Under the pieces are notes generated by a model, which was given only the letters and a program-made list of their open reading frames with translations, was not told the DNA's origin and ran no database searches. Source: Candidatus Bathyarchaeota archaeon (GTDB lineage Archaea; Thermoproteota; Bathyarchaeia; Bathyarchaeales; Bathycorpusculaceae). From it: a DNA stretch of 64,000 bases. Position 1 is the stretch's first letter; each line of letters starts with the position of its first letter. The stretch lies in contig OY970280.1 in NCBI GenBank assembly GCA_963715865.1, forward strand, positions 1,216,001 to 1,280,000, given 5' to 3'. The position numbers and the translations under genes were made by a program. Shown here one piece after another: positions 10,487 to 20,401 of this stretch.

Positions 10487-10499
10487 TCCTTAGCCTTCC

Positions 10500-10529
10500 A
10501 GTAACACTTTCTCCAAAATTCGTGTTACT
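10500..10529. promoter_or_regulatory. Putative NikR operator
   Basis: Perfect inverted repeat AGTAACAC-N14-GTGTTACT (core GTAACA-N16-TGTTAC) between the minus-strand TATA (about 10534-10540) and the NiCoT start; nikR is divergent. Confidence 0.75.
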
Positions 10530-10575
10530 CAACATATAAAAGCTTTTAGGTACAAAACACTCACATTCATCAGCG

Positions 10576-10989
10576 ATGTCCATGTCAAAAGTCACCCGAA
10601 TAGGCGTAACATTCCCACCTGAACTACTCAAAGACTTCGACGAAGTCATAAGCAAAATGGGCTACGAAAGCCGCAGCAAAGCAATACAAGACGCAGTAAG
10701 ACTATACGTTTCGGAACGGAAATGGCTTAAAGAGGAAGACAGCACCCAAACAGGCATTTTACTCATGGTTTTCGATCATGAAGTGAAAGGACTTGAAAGC
10801 GAACTAACCGAAACGCAACACCATCACTCTTCACTGATCTCGTCGACCATGCACATTCACCTTGGCGAACGAGACTGCCTAGAAGCCATAGCTGTTAAAG
10901 GTAAAGCTTCAGAAATACACGAGTTAAGCGATGAATTAACTACAAGAAGAGGAGTAAAAATCCTCAAAACAATGATAGTAACCGTTTAA
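10576..10989 (+). CDS. nikR: Nickel-responsive regulator NikR
   Basis: RHH N-terminus (RIGVTFPPELL...SRSKAIQDA), Ni site HIHLGERDCLE. Confidence 0.92.
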   Translation: MSMSKVTRIGVTFPPELLKDFDEVISKMGYESRSKAIQDAVRLYVSERKWLKEEDSTQTGILLMVFDHEVKGLESELTETQHHHSSLISSTMHIHLGERDCLEAIAVKGKASEIHELSDELTTRRGVKILKTMIVTV

Positions 10990-11891
10990 ACCTGAAACAT
11001 TCTCTCCAACGAAGCACGAGCTTTCTTTGCAACCGCTTCAGGAACCTTAACCACATGCTTCTCCTCTTTCAACGCAGCGTAAAGCCGATCAAGCGTTGTT
11101 AGCTTCATGTTTGGGCATATTGCACCTTCATAAGCTAAGTAAAAGTTTTTCTCCGGATTCTCTTTGCGCAAGCGATGTAGGATGCCTTCTTCAGTGCCGA
11201 CAATGAAGTTTTTAGCGTTGGATTCTTTGGCATAACGGCACATTTTTGAAGTGCTGCCAACGTAGTCAGCTACTTTCCGCATTTCAGAACTGCATTCAGG
11301 ATGAACCATAACAGAAGCATCTGGATGCTGCATCTTTAGGACTTTCACGTCTTCAGGCTGGAAAAGCAGGTGCGTTGGGCAAAATCCCCATTCAGGAATC
11401 GGAATAAGCGTCTTCCCAGTCTTCTCGGAAACGTATTCGGCTAGGTTGCGGTCTGGACCAAACAGTATTGTTTCTGCATCGAGAGATTTTATGACTTCCA
11501 CAGCGTTGGCGCTGGTGCAGCAAACATCGCAGTTAGCTTTGCATAAAGCCAAAGTATTCACGTACAGCACTACTGGAGCATCTGGATAAAGGGCTTTAGC
11601 GCGTTTTATCTCATCAACCGTAAGCATCTGCGCCATGGGGCATCTTGCGCCTAAACAGGGCAAAAGAACTTTCTTGTCTGGGTTTAATATTGCTGCTGAT
11701 TCAGCCATGAAATCTACAGCTGAGAAAACAAGCATTTCAGCGTCTTTTTCCTCTGCAGCTTTGCGGCTCAGTTCAATGCTGTCGCCGACGTAGTCAGCTA
11801 TGTCTTGGATTTCTGGCCTTTGGTAATTATGAGCCAATATCACAGCTTTCTTTTCTTTCTTGAGCTTTAGGATTTTATCCGCTAACGCCAT
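10986..11891 (-). CDS. nadA: Quinolinate synthase
   Basis: ILAHNYQ, FMAESA, CPMA, VHPEC, CPNMK. Confidence 0.96.
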   Translation of the reverse strand: MALADKILKLKKEKKAVILAHNYQRPEIQDIADYVGDSIELSRKAAEEKDAEMLVFSAVDFMAESAAILNPDKKVLLPCLGARCPMAQMLTVDEIKRAKALYPDAPVVLYVNTLALCKANCDVCCTSANAVEVIKSLDAETILFGPDRNLAEYVSEKTGKTLIPIPEWGFCPTHLLFQPEDVKVLKMQHPDASVMVHPECSSEMRKVADYVGSTSKMCRYAKESNAKNFIVGTEEGILHRLRKENPEKNFYLAYEGAICPNMKLTTLDRLYAALKEEKHVVKVPEAVAKKARASLERMFQV

Positions 11892-12129
11892 ATTTCCGCC
11901 TAGTTTGCCTTAAAGTGAAAAATAATGAGGACAAGTCAACAGATATATGCTTTTACCCTCGCACTTATACTTTCATCCTTAAAAATAAAGAAAAAGCATT
12001 GCCAAAGCCTTTGAAACTCTAATGCTCTTTCTTTGACTATAGCCACCTTAATTATAGGTAGATTTTGGTTCTGTGAAGTCTCTGTCGAATATGGTGTTCA
12101 TGTGAAAAATCTATAAACTTCCATCTTAT

Positions 12130-13509
12130 TCAGCGGCGTGCTAGCCTGAGTAAAAAGCTAAGTTTGTGCCTACTTGCCCAGACAAGTCCAGATAACACAA
12201 ATGCGAACCCCAAATACTGAAGGCTCATTAGAAAGCTATATGTGCCTATTGGCGAGGGATTAAAAAGAGAATAACCCAAATTAATGTTCCTCTCCACTCT
12301 GAACAGCAAATAATCCCATGTGGAAAACATATGCGCATAATACATGTTGAAAAGTATTGACGCCCCCAGCAAAATCAGCCCCGCCAAAGCGGCCAAAACG
12401 AAGAGTAGCCTGTTCAGTTTCACCTTTGATTTTGCTGATTTAAACAATGAAAGGCTTTTGCCAGCCAATGACGCTGCTAACAAACTGAAGAAAGGCAAGG
12501 ACTGATAATCAAACTTAAAGGCGTCAGTATAAGGCGCTTTAAGATTCAGAACGACTCCCAAAAAAGTGTTGACGCTTACCACAGATATTATAGTTGCCAA
12601 ACAAATTAAATCAAAAACAAGTAACTTATGAAATAAGCTTCTCTGCATTAAACAGATGAGCAAGGACAAGATTGCTGCATCTATGAAAAACCATCCCAAA
12701 CCGTAATTCACAAGAAAATTGACGACAAATAGGTACGAAGGAATAACCTCGCTGGAATTATGGTTTATAAAATCACCATGATTGAAAACAGAAAGTATCC
12801 CTTGCCCTGAAATTACTTGATACCATAAGAAAGAAAATAATAGCGCAGGTAAGGAAAAAGCTACCAACTGGCTAAGTATACGTCTTGGATTCTTCGGTCG
12901 ATAATAAACGTACAACAACAACAGTGGAATAAGTATAAAGGCGGCGAATAACTTCGTCAGAAAAGCAGCAGCGAAAAAAGCCCCTGAAACCACAAAAAGC
13001 TTAACTGAATCCTTGCGAATAGCCAAGATTCCAACAAATAGACAAAGCAGACTAAAAAACAGACATTGCACATCTATGAGGAAGCTTCTCGAAAGAACGA
13101 GCTCCCACGGGGTTAAAGCAAAGAGCACAGCTGCGAACAACCCTGTTGACTTGCCATACAAATCCTTGCCTATTTTGTATACCAAGACAATGCATCCAAG
13201 CCCAAACAACGTTACTAAAGCTACGCCCGTGTCGATTGACAAGCCAAAGACTTTGAAGAACAATGCTTCAATATAGAAGCCTAATGGTGGCTGGTTCATT
13301 ATATTGCCAAAAGTGTTCACATAGGGCATGCCCCATTTAATTACTCCCATTGCAGCTTCGTATTCCCATTGCGTATCCCCGTTTTGATAAGGACCTATTG
13401 AAAAAGAAACGAGCACAACCCCAATTAGAACGCTTAACAAGGGATAATTTTCACTAACTAGTTTTCTAATGCTGTCCTTATCAAGCACATTTACACCCCC
13501 TTTCACCAT
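12130..13509 (-). CDS. GT39/ArnT-like membrane glycosyltransferase
   Basis: QPPLG loop, SRSFLIDV, AFLTK; many TM helices. Confidence 0.8.
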   Translation of the reverse strand: MVKGGVNVLDKDSIRKLVSENYPLLSVLIGVVLVSFSIGPYQNGDTQWEYEAAMGVIKWGMPYVNTFGNIMNQPPLGFYIEALFFKVFGLSIDTGVALVTLFGLGCIVLVYKIGKDLYGKSTGLFAAVLFALTPWELVLSRSFLIDVQCLFFSLLCLFVGILAIRKDSVKLFVVSGAFFAAAFLTKLFAAFILIPLLLLYVYYRPKNPRRILSQLVAFSLPALLFSFLWYQVISGQGILSVFNHGDFINHNSSEVIPSYLFVVNFLVNYGLGWFFIDAAILSLLICLMQRSLFHKLLVFDLICLATIISVVSVNTFLGVVLNLKAPYTDAFKFDYQSLPFFSLLAASLAGKSLSLFKSAKSKVKLNRLLFVLAALAGLILLGASILFNMYYAHMFSTWDYLLFRVERNINLGYSLFNPSPIGTYSFLMSLQYLGFAFVLSGLVWASRHKLSFLLRLARR

Positions 13510-13750
13510 TCAAACATGAGCTAATTGGAACTTTGATTATCTTGCTAGCTTCTTATCTAACACTTAATTCATTAGCAACGTTTTGAAAATAAAATTTTCC
13601 ATATTTCACTTAAAACGATGGTGGTTTGGAAATTTCTTTATAAAAAGGACTTTTTAATTTAACATATTTGCTAGTCTCTATCCATGCGAGATCCTAAAAA
13701 TTAAAGGAGCCGCTTTTTATCCTTGCAGGGTTAAGTATTGAAGGTCAACT

Positions 13751-15358
13751 TTAACCAGTGAAGTTTAAAATGAAAATTCTTCTTGGATCAGAACCAAACG
13801 TGGCATCGGGTGAAATTTGAGAAAAGTTGCTTGAATCATATATCTGTTCATAGATTTGGTGCAAGTTCAGCGTCGTGTTGAAGTAGGGCACTGTGCCCCC
13901 GTTCTCATAGGTGAAAACGAACTTTACGTTGTCCTGTTTGCATAAGCCGATGAATTCGGTTATGTTGAAGGTCGGCGTGTAGGTGTCAACTGGTAACTGC
14001 GGGTACTGGTAGGTTTGGATTTGGGTCTTGCCGTCTGCCCAAAGGTAGAAGTTTACCATGTCTTGGCTGAAAAAGTTGAATGGGCAAAGAACCATTATTG
14101 ACTGGTTTGCAGAGTCACGGGTGATGGCGTAGTTTGTAGCATCCTTGATGTCAATTTGGATGTTGTATTTTGCAACTATAGAGTAATTGTCACTTATACT
14201 GTAAACCATTGCAACCGCCAGGAAAGTTATGAATAATCCAGCGGCAAATTTGGCGGCTCGTTTCTTGTTTACGCTTACGTGCCCCTTCCAAGTGTTCTGT
14301 GCCTTACCATAAACGAATAAAATAAAGGCTGATGCTGAGATTGCCAAGGTTGGAAACAGCGGTAGTACATAACGCCACTGCCTATTCTCTATCAATGTAA
14401 AGAAAACGAAAACGCTCACAAACCAGATGAAAACAAATTTGTCTTCTTTTTTTCGTCTCCAAGCAAACAAGCCTAAACCAAGCAGACCTACAATGTAGAG
14501 CAAGAGCGAAATTGGATGAATATCATTGTAGGGCCAAGTCATTTCCACTAAATAAAATATAGGAAGCGGAAAACGGATGCTGTAGAGTGACTTTTCAGGG
14601 TTGCCCATTTGCAGAGCGTATATCCATTGGTTTAAAATTTGAGAAGCGTAAACTTGGTAGGCAATTATAATCCAGGGGATAATCACTATTGCCGCAGTAA
14701 CTATCAACAGAGTAAACTTTGAAAACAACCGTTTAAGCTGACCCCAGCCTAAAATTACTAAGCTAACAATCATCACAGCTCCCGCAGCAAGCACCTGATA
14801 CTTTGTCAGAAAGCCCAAGCCTAAAGCTAAACCGCTGAAAACTAACATTTTATTCTGATGGTTATTTAGCCAACGATAAAAGAAAAGCAATGACAACGTA
14901 AAAAAGAAAACAAGCATCACTTCTAACAAAGCCATGCGTGAAAGCCAAAAGTAACCTGGCATAATCCCCAATAAGACAGCTGAGATTAACGCGGCTTTTC
15001 CGCCGTACATACCGTAGGCAAATTCAAACACTGCCCAAAGCGAAAGAACAGAAAAAACAGCTGAAACCAGCCTACCAGAAACCAAGCTTACGCCAAAAAC
15101 ATTATAGAAAACCATGGTGATGGAATCAAAAAGCGGTGGATAAAACGAGTTATTGATAAATTTGTCGTATAGTCCCATTTTTAAATATAATCCGCCATTC
15201 AGGTGGACAACCTCATCCCACTGCATCGGCATATTGGAAAGATTCAGCACAAGCAAAACGGCGTAGGATAACGCAAAAACCAAAAAGGCTATTCGCCACT
15301 TGTTTAATCCTGCCTTTAATTGAGTTAGACGCATTTTTGAACCTGATTTATCAATCAT
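13751..15358 (-). CDS. GT39/ArnT-like membrane glycosyltransferase with C-terminal extracellular domain
   Basis: WDEVVH, FYPPLF, SRMALLE, FLTKY, WRYVLP. Confidence 0.82.
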   Translation of the reverse strand: MIDKSGSKMRLTQLKAGLNKWRIAFLVFALSYAVLLVLNLSNMPMQWDEVVHLNGGLYLKMGLYDKFINNSFYPPLFDSITMVFYNVFGVSLVSGRLVSAVFSVLSLWAVFEFAYGMYGGKAALISAVLLGIMPGYFWLSRMALLEVMLVFFFTLSLLFFYRWLNNHQNKMLVFSGLALGLGFLTKYQVLAAGAVMIVSLVILGWGQLKRLFSKFTLLIVTAAIVIIPWIIIAYQVYASQILNQWIYALQMGNPEKSLYSIRFPLPIFYLVEMTWPYNDIHPISLLLYIVGLLGLGLFAWRRKKEDKFVFIWFVSVFVFFTLIENRQWRYVLPLFPTLAISASAFILFVYGKAQNTWKGHVSVNKKRAAKFAAGLFITFLAVAMVYSISDNYSIVAKYNIQIDIKDATNYAITRDSANQSIMVLCPFNFFSQDMVNFYLWADGKTQIQTYQYPQLPVDTYTPTFNITEFIGLCKQDNVKFVFTYENGGTVPYFNTTLNLHQIYEQIYDSSNFSQISPDATFGSDPRRIFILNFTG

Positions 15359-15482
15359 AGTTCTCAGCGCTATAAAGCCAGTTGCTCAAACTATGGCAAG
15401 GAGAGATATAAAACCTTCCAATGCCTCGGAAATCTGATTTTAGGGGATAAATCGCCAACGTATCTTCAGGAGGCTTTTCTTT

Positions 15483-15539
15483 TACTACGTACATTTAAGC
15501 ACCTACTACGTACATTGTAGCCTAAGGATGTACGTGGTA
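15483..15539. promoter_or_regulatory. Triple repeated motif upstream of the galT TATA box
   Basis: TACTACGTACATT at 15483 and 15504 (21-bp period); inverted copy ATGTACGTGGTA at 15528-15539 with 1 mismatch. Confidence 0.55.
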
Positions 15540-15606
15540 AAAATTTTAAGTGAGAGTTTCTATAGTATTAAAAAAATAGATGAAAATTTGTCTAGGTGCC
15601 TAATGT

Positions 15607-16647
15607 ATGCCTTACAATGAACTGAGAAAAGATTACTTACTAAACCGCTGGGTCGTAATCGCGACAGAACGAAGCCGCAGACCCAACGATTTTGCCAAAC
15701 AAAAAAATGAATCTGCCAAAAGCACGGTCTGCCCAATGTGCGTTGGCAATGAACACATGACGCCGCCAGCCATGATGCTATACTTGAAAGAGAATGGCGA
15801 AATAAAAAAGGCTAAAGACCCGCTGGTTGGTGAACGCCCAAAAAACTGGCTTGTCCGCTGCATCCCAAACCTTTTCCCTGCGTTCAGTCCACCTAGGCAG
15901 CCTGAAGATGAAACACAAATCATAAAGAGCGAATGTTTTGGCTACGCGATTGGGCACCATGAGGTTATAATTGAATCCCCAAATCATGATGAGGACCCAG
16001 CCGACGCTGAACTGCCACAGTTGGAACTGGCCATTACTACGTACATTGAGAGGCTCAGAGAGTTAAGCGCAAAACCCTACGTCAAATACGTTTCAATTTT
16101 TAGAAATTATGGACAGGAAGCTGGCGCTTCGCTTTCTCATGCGCATAGCCAAATAATTGCGATGCCTATGGTTCCTTCAATCATCCAAGAAGAGTTAGAG
16201 GCAAGTAAAGCGTTCTATGACAAACATGCGAAATGTGTTTTTTGCGACATAATCGAGCAAGAAGTGAAGGGCCCAAGGTTCGTGCTTGAGAATAATGATT
16301 TCATAGTTTTTGCTCCTTACGCAAGCATTAACCCAATGGCATTCTGGATAATGCCCAAAAAACACGCGCCAAGTATCCTTGACCTAACGCGACCTGAGGT
16401 CTCAGCCTTCGCACAAACCCTCAAGGCAAGCCTCAAAGCCTTAAAAGACCTAGTAAACGACCCACCCTACAATTACGGTTTCCACTTAGCCATAAACAAA
16501 GAAGCAAAAGACCATTATCATTGGCACTTGGAAGTTTACCCCAAACTATCAATTTGGGCAGGGTTCGAGATAAGCACAGGAACATACATAAACACTATTA
16601 CGCCAGAAACCGCCGCTGACAGCCTCAGAAAAGCAATAAAACCCTAA
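15607..16647 (+). CDS. galT: Galactose-1-phosphate uridylyltransferase family
   Basis: GASLSHAHSQ (HxHxQ), CPMC and CVFC Zn motifs, HWHLE. Confidence 0.92.
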   Translation: MPYNELRKDYLLNRWVVIATERSRRPNDFAKQKNESAKSTVCPMCVGNEHMTPPAMMLYLKENGEIKKAKDPLVGERPKNWLVRCIPNLFPAFSPPRQPEDETQIIKSECFGYAIGHHEVIIESPNHDEDPADAELPQLELAITTYIERLRELSAKPYVKYVSIFRNYGQEAGASLSHAHSQIIAMPMVPSIIQEELEASKAFYDKHAKCVFCDIIEQEVKGPRFVLENNDFIVFAPYASINPMAFWIMPKKHAPSILDLTRPEVSAFAQTLKASLKALKDLVNDPPYNYGFHLAINKEAKDHYHWHLEVYPKLSIWAGFEISTGTYINTITPETAADSLRKAIKP

Positions 16648-18716
16648 GTTCCAAAAATTGCCTTCCAATATCTCGGTTTAACCAGCAGCACATCTTCAAT
16701 GTAAGCTCTTAGGGGCTCAGCCACACTCCACGCTTGCGCAATGCAACCCCTCGGCGTGTTGGGTAGGTCGCAATCGTATATTTCGCTTACTGTTCCCAAC
16801 CCAGCTTGATGGATTCCGATGGTGAAAAAGGGCAAAATAAGATTTTTCAGTGCGTACTCACGTGATTCAGCGGTGTAGCTGTTAACTTTCAAATACGCAG
16901 TTATGAAAGGCCCTAGCAGCCAAGGCCAAATCGTACCGTTATGATAAGCGTTGTCTCTGCTTAACCTATCGCCAAAGCATTTGCCAGCAAATTTAGGGTC
17001 ATTTAACGCTAAAGTACGCAAGCCATAAGGCGTCACAAGCTCACGATTCACCACATCAACAACCCGCTCGCTCTTATCCTTGCCCAGCATCGAAAAGTCC
17101 AATGAGACCGCAAAAATCTGGTTTGGACGAAGCGACGCATCAGCACCGTTAGCTTCCAGAACGTCAAAGAGGCAACCTGCTTCAGCGTTCCAGAACTTTT
17201 CATTAAAGCTTTTGCTAGTTTTATTTGCCATCACAGAGTATTTCTCAGCTAAAGCTTTCTCGCCAAACTTGTTTGCCAGCAACTCCATAAGACGCAGTGT
17301 ATTGTACCATAAAGCTTGAATTTCCACAGCTTTCCCAACTCTAGGCGTAATCTCTTTGCCATCAACCGCCGCATCCATCCACGTAAGCCTTGAACCATGC
17401 ATAATCAAGCCGTCATAATTCAAGCGAATACCAAACAACGTGCCCCGCTCATGATAATCAACTATTGCTTGCAGATTTTCCCACTCTTCTTGAACAAACT
17501 CAAAGTCGCCGGTGTACTTTAGATATTGCAGCACAGCGTTAACATACCAGAGGGTGGCGTCAACTGTGTTGTAAGCTGGCTCACCAGACTTATCAGCCAC
17601 AAAATTCGGAATAAGCCCGTTTTTGCAGTACAAAATAAAATTCTGTAGAATATCTTTTGCGTCGCTGAATCTGCCAGTTACCAGCATCAGACCAGGCAGG
17701 GAAATGAAAGTATCTCTGCCCCATGGTTCAAACCAGAAGTACCCAGCAATGACTGATTTCTTGCCCATGGTGTTCTCAACTATGAAGGAGTCTGCGGCTA
17801 AAAGAACCCAGCTTAGCCAATCGCTCATTGGAACTTCAGGGTGTAAACTGTAAAAGTTAACCAGCAAGTCACTGCTTCGCTTTTGCTCACGATTCAAGCT
17901 GTCTTTAACCTCTAAAATTGTGCTTCCTACAGCATCCAAAACCTCTCTTGCTGCTTGGCTTTCATGGCTAACCGCTGCTGTCACCGCAAACTCCTTTTCC
18001 GTTTCAGCTGAAACCTGCACTTCAAAGTAGCCCGGCTGAAAACAATCATCAATGCTGGCTTCTCCTCTGAAAGCTTCAACGCGATAGAACAGGCGGTCTA
18101 TCCAATTAATTTTCTCCTTAAATTCCCCATCAGTTGAACGGCAAACGATTGTGGTTTCTGGACGGTGAAAGGCTGCTTCTAGTTCTTTGGCGCTGCTTTT
18201 TTGTGTGAAATTCAATGGTGTTTTCCGTCGGTCAACGACAGAGTGAAAGTGTCTGCAGGTTAAAAGCGGATAAATTCTAACCTTAGCCTCAAAAATATTC
18301 TTGTTAGAAACCTTATAGAATACTGAGACAGCGTTCTTGTTTTTGGGCACACAAATCGTCTTAACAACATCAACACTGCCAGCACCATAGATGTACGTGG
18401 GAAAAGGCGAAATTGAAAACCCTCTAATCAACCTGTAACCCTGCGGATAAAGCACGTCACGAAACTCGTTAGCTCCCAACTGGTAAACGCCGTTACCCAC
18501 AAAAACTTCCTCATCCAGCTTTGATAGGCACACGGTGCGGTCGCCCGGCGGATGCAACGCCCCGACCAACAAACCATGATATTTCCTAGTGTTAATGCCC
18601 AGCACTGTTGAAGAAGCGTAACCGCCTAATCCATTGGTTATGAGCCATTCCTTATCAATAACATCTTCAAAATGGGTGAGCGTTTCTTGAGTGAAGGTTA
18701 TGGTGGGCAGATTCAT
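16644..18716 (-). CDS. Amylo-alpha-1,6-glucosidase (archaeal glycogen debranching enzyme)
   Basis: EWLITNGLGGYAS, AGYFWFEPWGRDTFISLPG, LTWMDA, YHNGTIWPW, QAWSVAE. Confidence 0.93.
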   Translation of the reverse strand: MNLPTITFTQETLTHFEDVIDKEWLITNGLGGYASSTVLGINTRKYHGLLVGALHPPGDRTVCLSKLDEEVFVGNGVYQLGANEFRDVLYPQGYRLIRGFSISPFPTYIYGAGSVDVVKTICVPKNKNAVSVFYKVSNKNIFEAKVRIYPLLTCRHFHSVVDRRKTPLNFTQKSSAKELEAAFHRPETTIVCRSTDGEFKEKINWIDRLFYRVEAFRGEASIDDCFQPGYFEVQVSAETEKEFAVTAAVSHESQAAREVLDAVGSTILEVKDSLNREQKRSSDLLVNFYSLHPEVPMSDWLSWVLLAADSFIVENTMGKKSVIAGYFWFEPWGRDTFISLPGLMLVTGRFSDAKDILQNFILYCKNGLIPNFVADKSGEPAYNTVDATLWYVNAVLQYLKYTGDFEFVQEEWENLQAIVDYHERGTLFGIRLNYDGLIMHGSRLTWMDAAVDGKEITPRVGKAVEIQALWYNTLRLMELLANKFGEKALAEKYSVMANKTSKSFNEKFWNAEAGCLFDVLEANGADASLRPNQIFAVSLDFSMLGKDKSERVVDVVNRELVTPYGLRTLALNDPKFAGKCFGDRLSRDNAYHNGTIWPWLLGPFITAYLKVNSYTAESREYALKNLILPFFTIGIHQAGLGTVSEIYDCDLPNTPRGCIAQAWSVAEPLRAYIEDVLLVKPRYWKAIFGT

Positions 18717-18719
18717 TTT

Positions 18720-19601
18720 TTATAGCATCAACTTGGCAACGTTTTTATCGCGTGGAACACAGAAATAATTGGCTACTGGAACACATTTTGTTCTGAATAA
18801 AAGCAAATGAGGCTTCGTTAACTTGTACTCGGTGAGGGTTTCAGCGTAACCCATGCCTTTGGCGAAAACCAGTTCTGCAGCATCATAAACTTTCAAGAAT
18901 TCAGGTGAAACTTCCTTTTTTTGTAAACCAACCGCGTCGGTTCCAGTGGTCAATACGTCGTCGGCTATTTTATCCATGCCTGAGAGCGCAACATCATCCA
19001 AAGTGGCATCGTTAATAACTGGTCCGCCTTTAACGACATAAGTTACTTTTAACCCCATGTTTTTTAACTGTTCAACTAGTAGCGTGTCAAAAACGATTTC
19101 TCCAGCGTTATCCGCTAAGTAAAGAACGCTATCTGCCTTCTTTGCTAACTCGTAAGCTTTGTCAATATCATCTATAACCAAGTCTTTAGCTGCTTCTCTA
19201 AAACAACCGGACAAATTATTCAAGTTGAATTTGTGGCCTGGAATATCGAACTCCATAATATTACCCACAATGGCACAGAGACATGCTTTCTTGAACCGTT
19301 CCTGCTGATTATTACCCTCTTCCACAAGCTTTTTTGCGCGCGGCAGCATTTTCAACGCTTTCTCGTTAGCCGCTTTCTTGCTTCGCATATACGGGTCATT
19401 ATTGCTTGTTAACTGTTTAATTATGCGGTCTCTTTTTGTGCCTAAATCCGCCGCCACCGACGTGGGTTTGAATTCCCGATTTAACAGTTTAACAACTTCA
19501 GCGAGACATCTGAAACGTAAGGCAGGGTTTGTTGTAGCTTGGTAGGTTTGCGTCGTTGCCCGTGCAAGTAAGCAAGATTCACATTCGGCTTCAACTTTCA
19601 A
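18720..19601 (-). CDS. ARMT1/DUF89 damage-control phosphatase
   Basis: CxxC start, VGNIME, YLADNAGE, AKGMGYAE. Confidence 0.9.
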   Translation of the reverse strand: MKVEAECESCLLARATTQTYQATTNPALRFRCLAEVVKLLNREFKPTSVAADLGTKRDRIIKQLTSNNDPYMRSKKAANEKALKMLPRAKKLVEEGNNQQERFKKACLCAIVGNIMEFDIPGHKFNLNNLSGCFREAAKDLVIDDIDKAYELAKKADSVLYLADNAGEIVFDTLLVEQLKNMGLKVTYVVKGGPVINDATLDDVALSGMDKIADDVLTTGTDAVGLQKKEVSPEFLKVYDAAELVFAKGMGYAETLTEYKLTKPHLLLFRTKCVPVANYFCVPRDKNVAKLML

Positions 19602-19615
19602 GGTTGCTCACACAA

Positions 19616-20350
<735 letters not shown>

Positions 20351-20401
20351 TCAAAAACGCCTATTAACCTTTAGTATTGACAATTTAACGTTAAAACTAG
20401 T

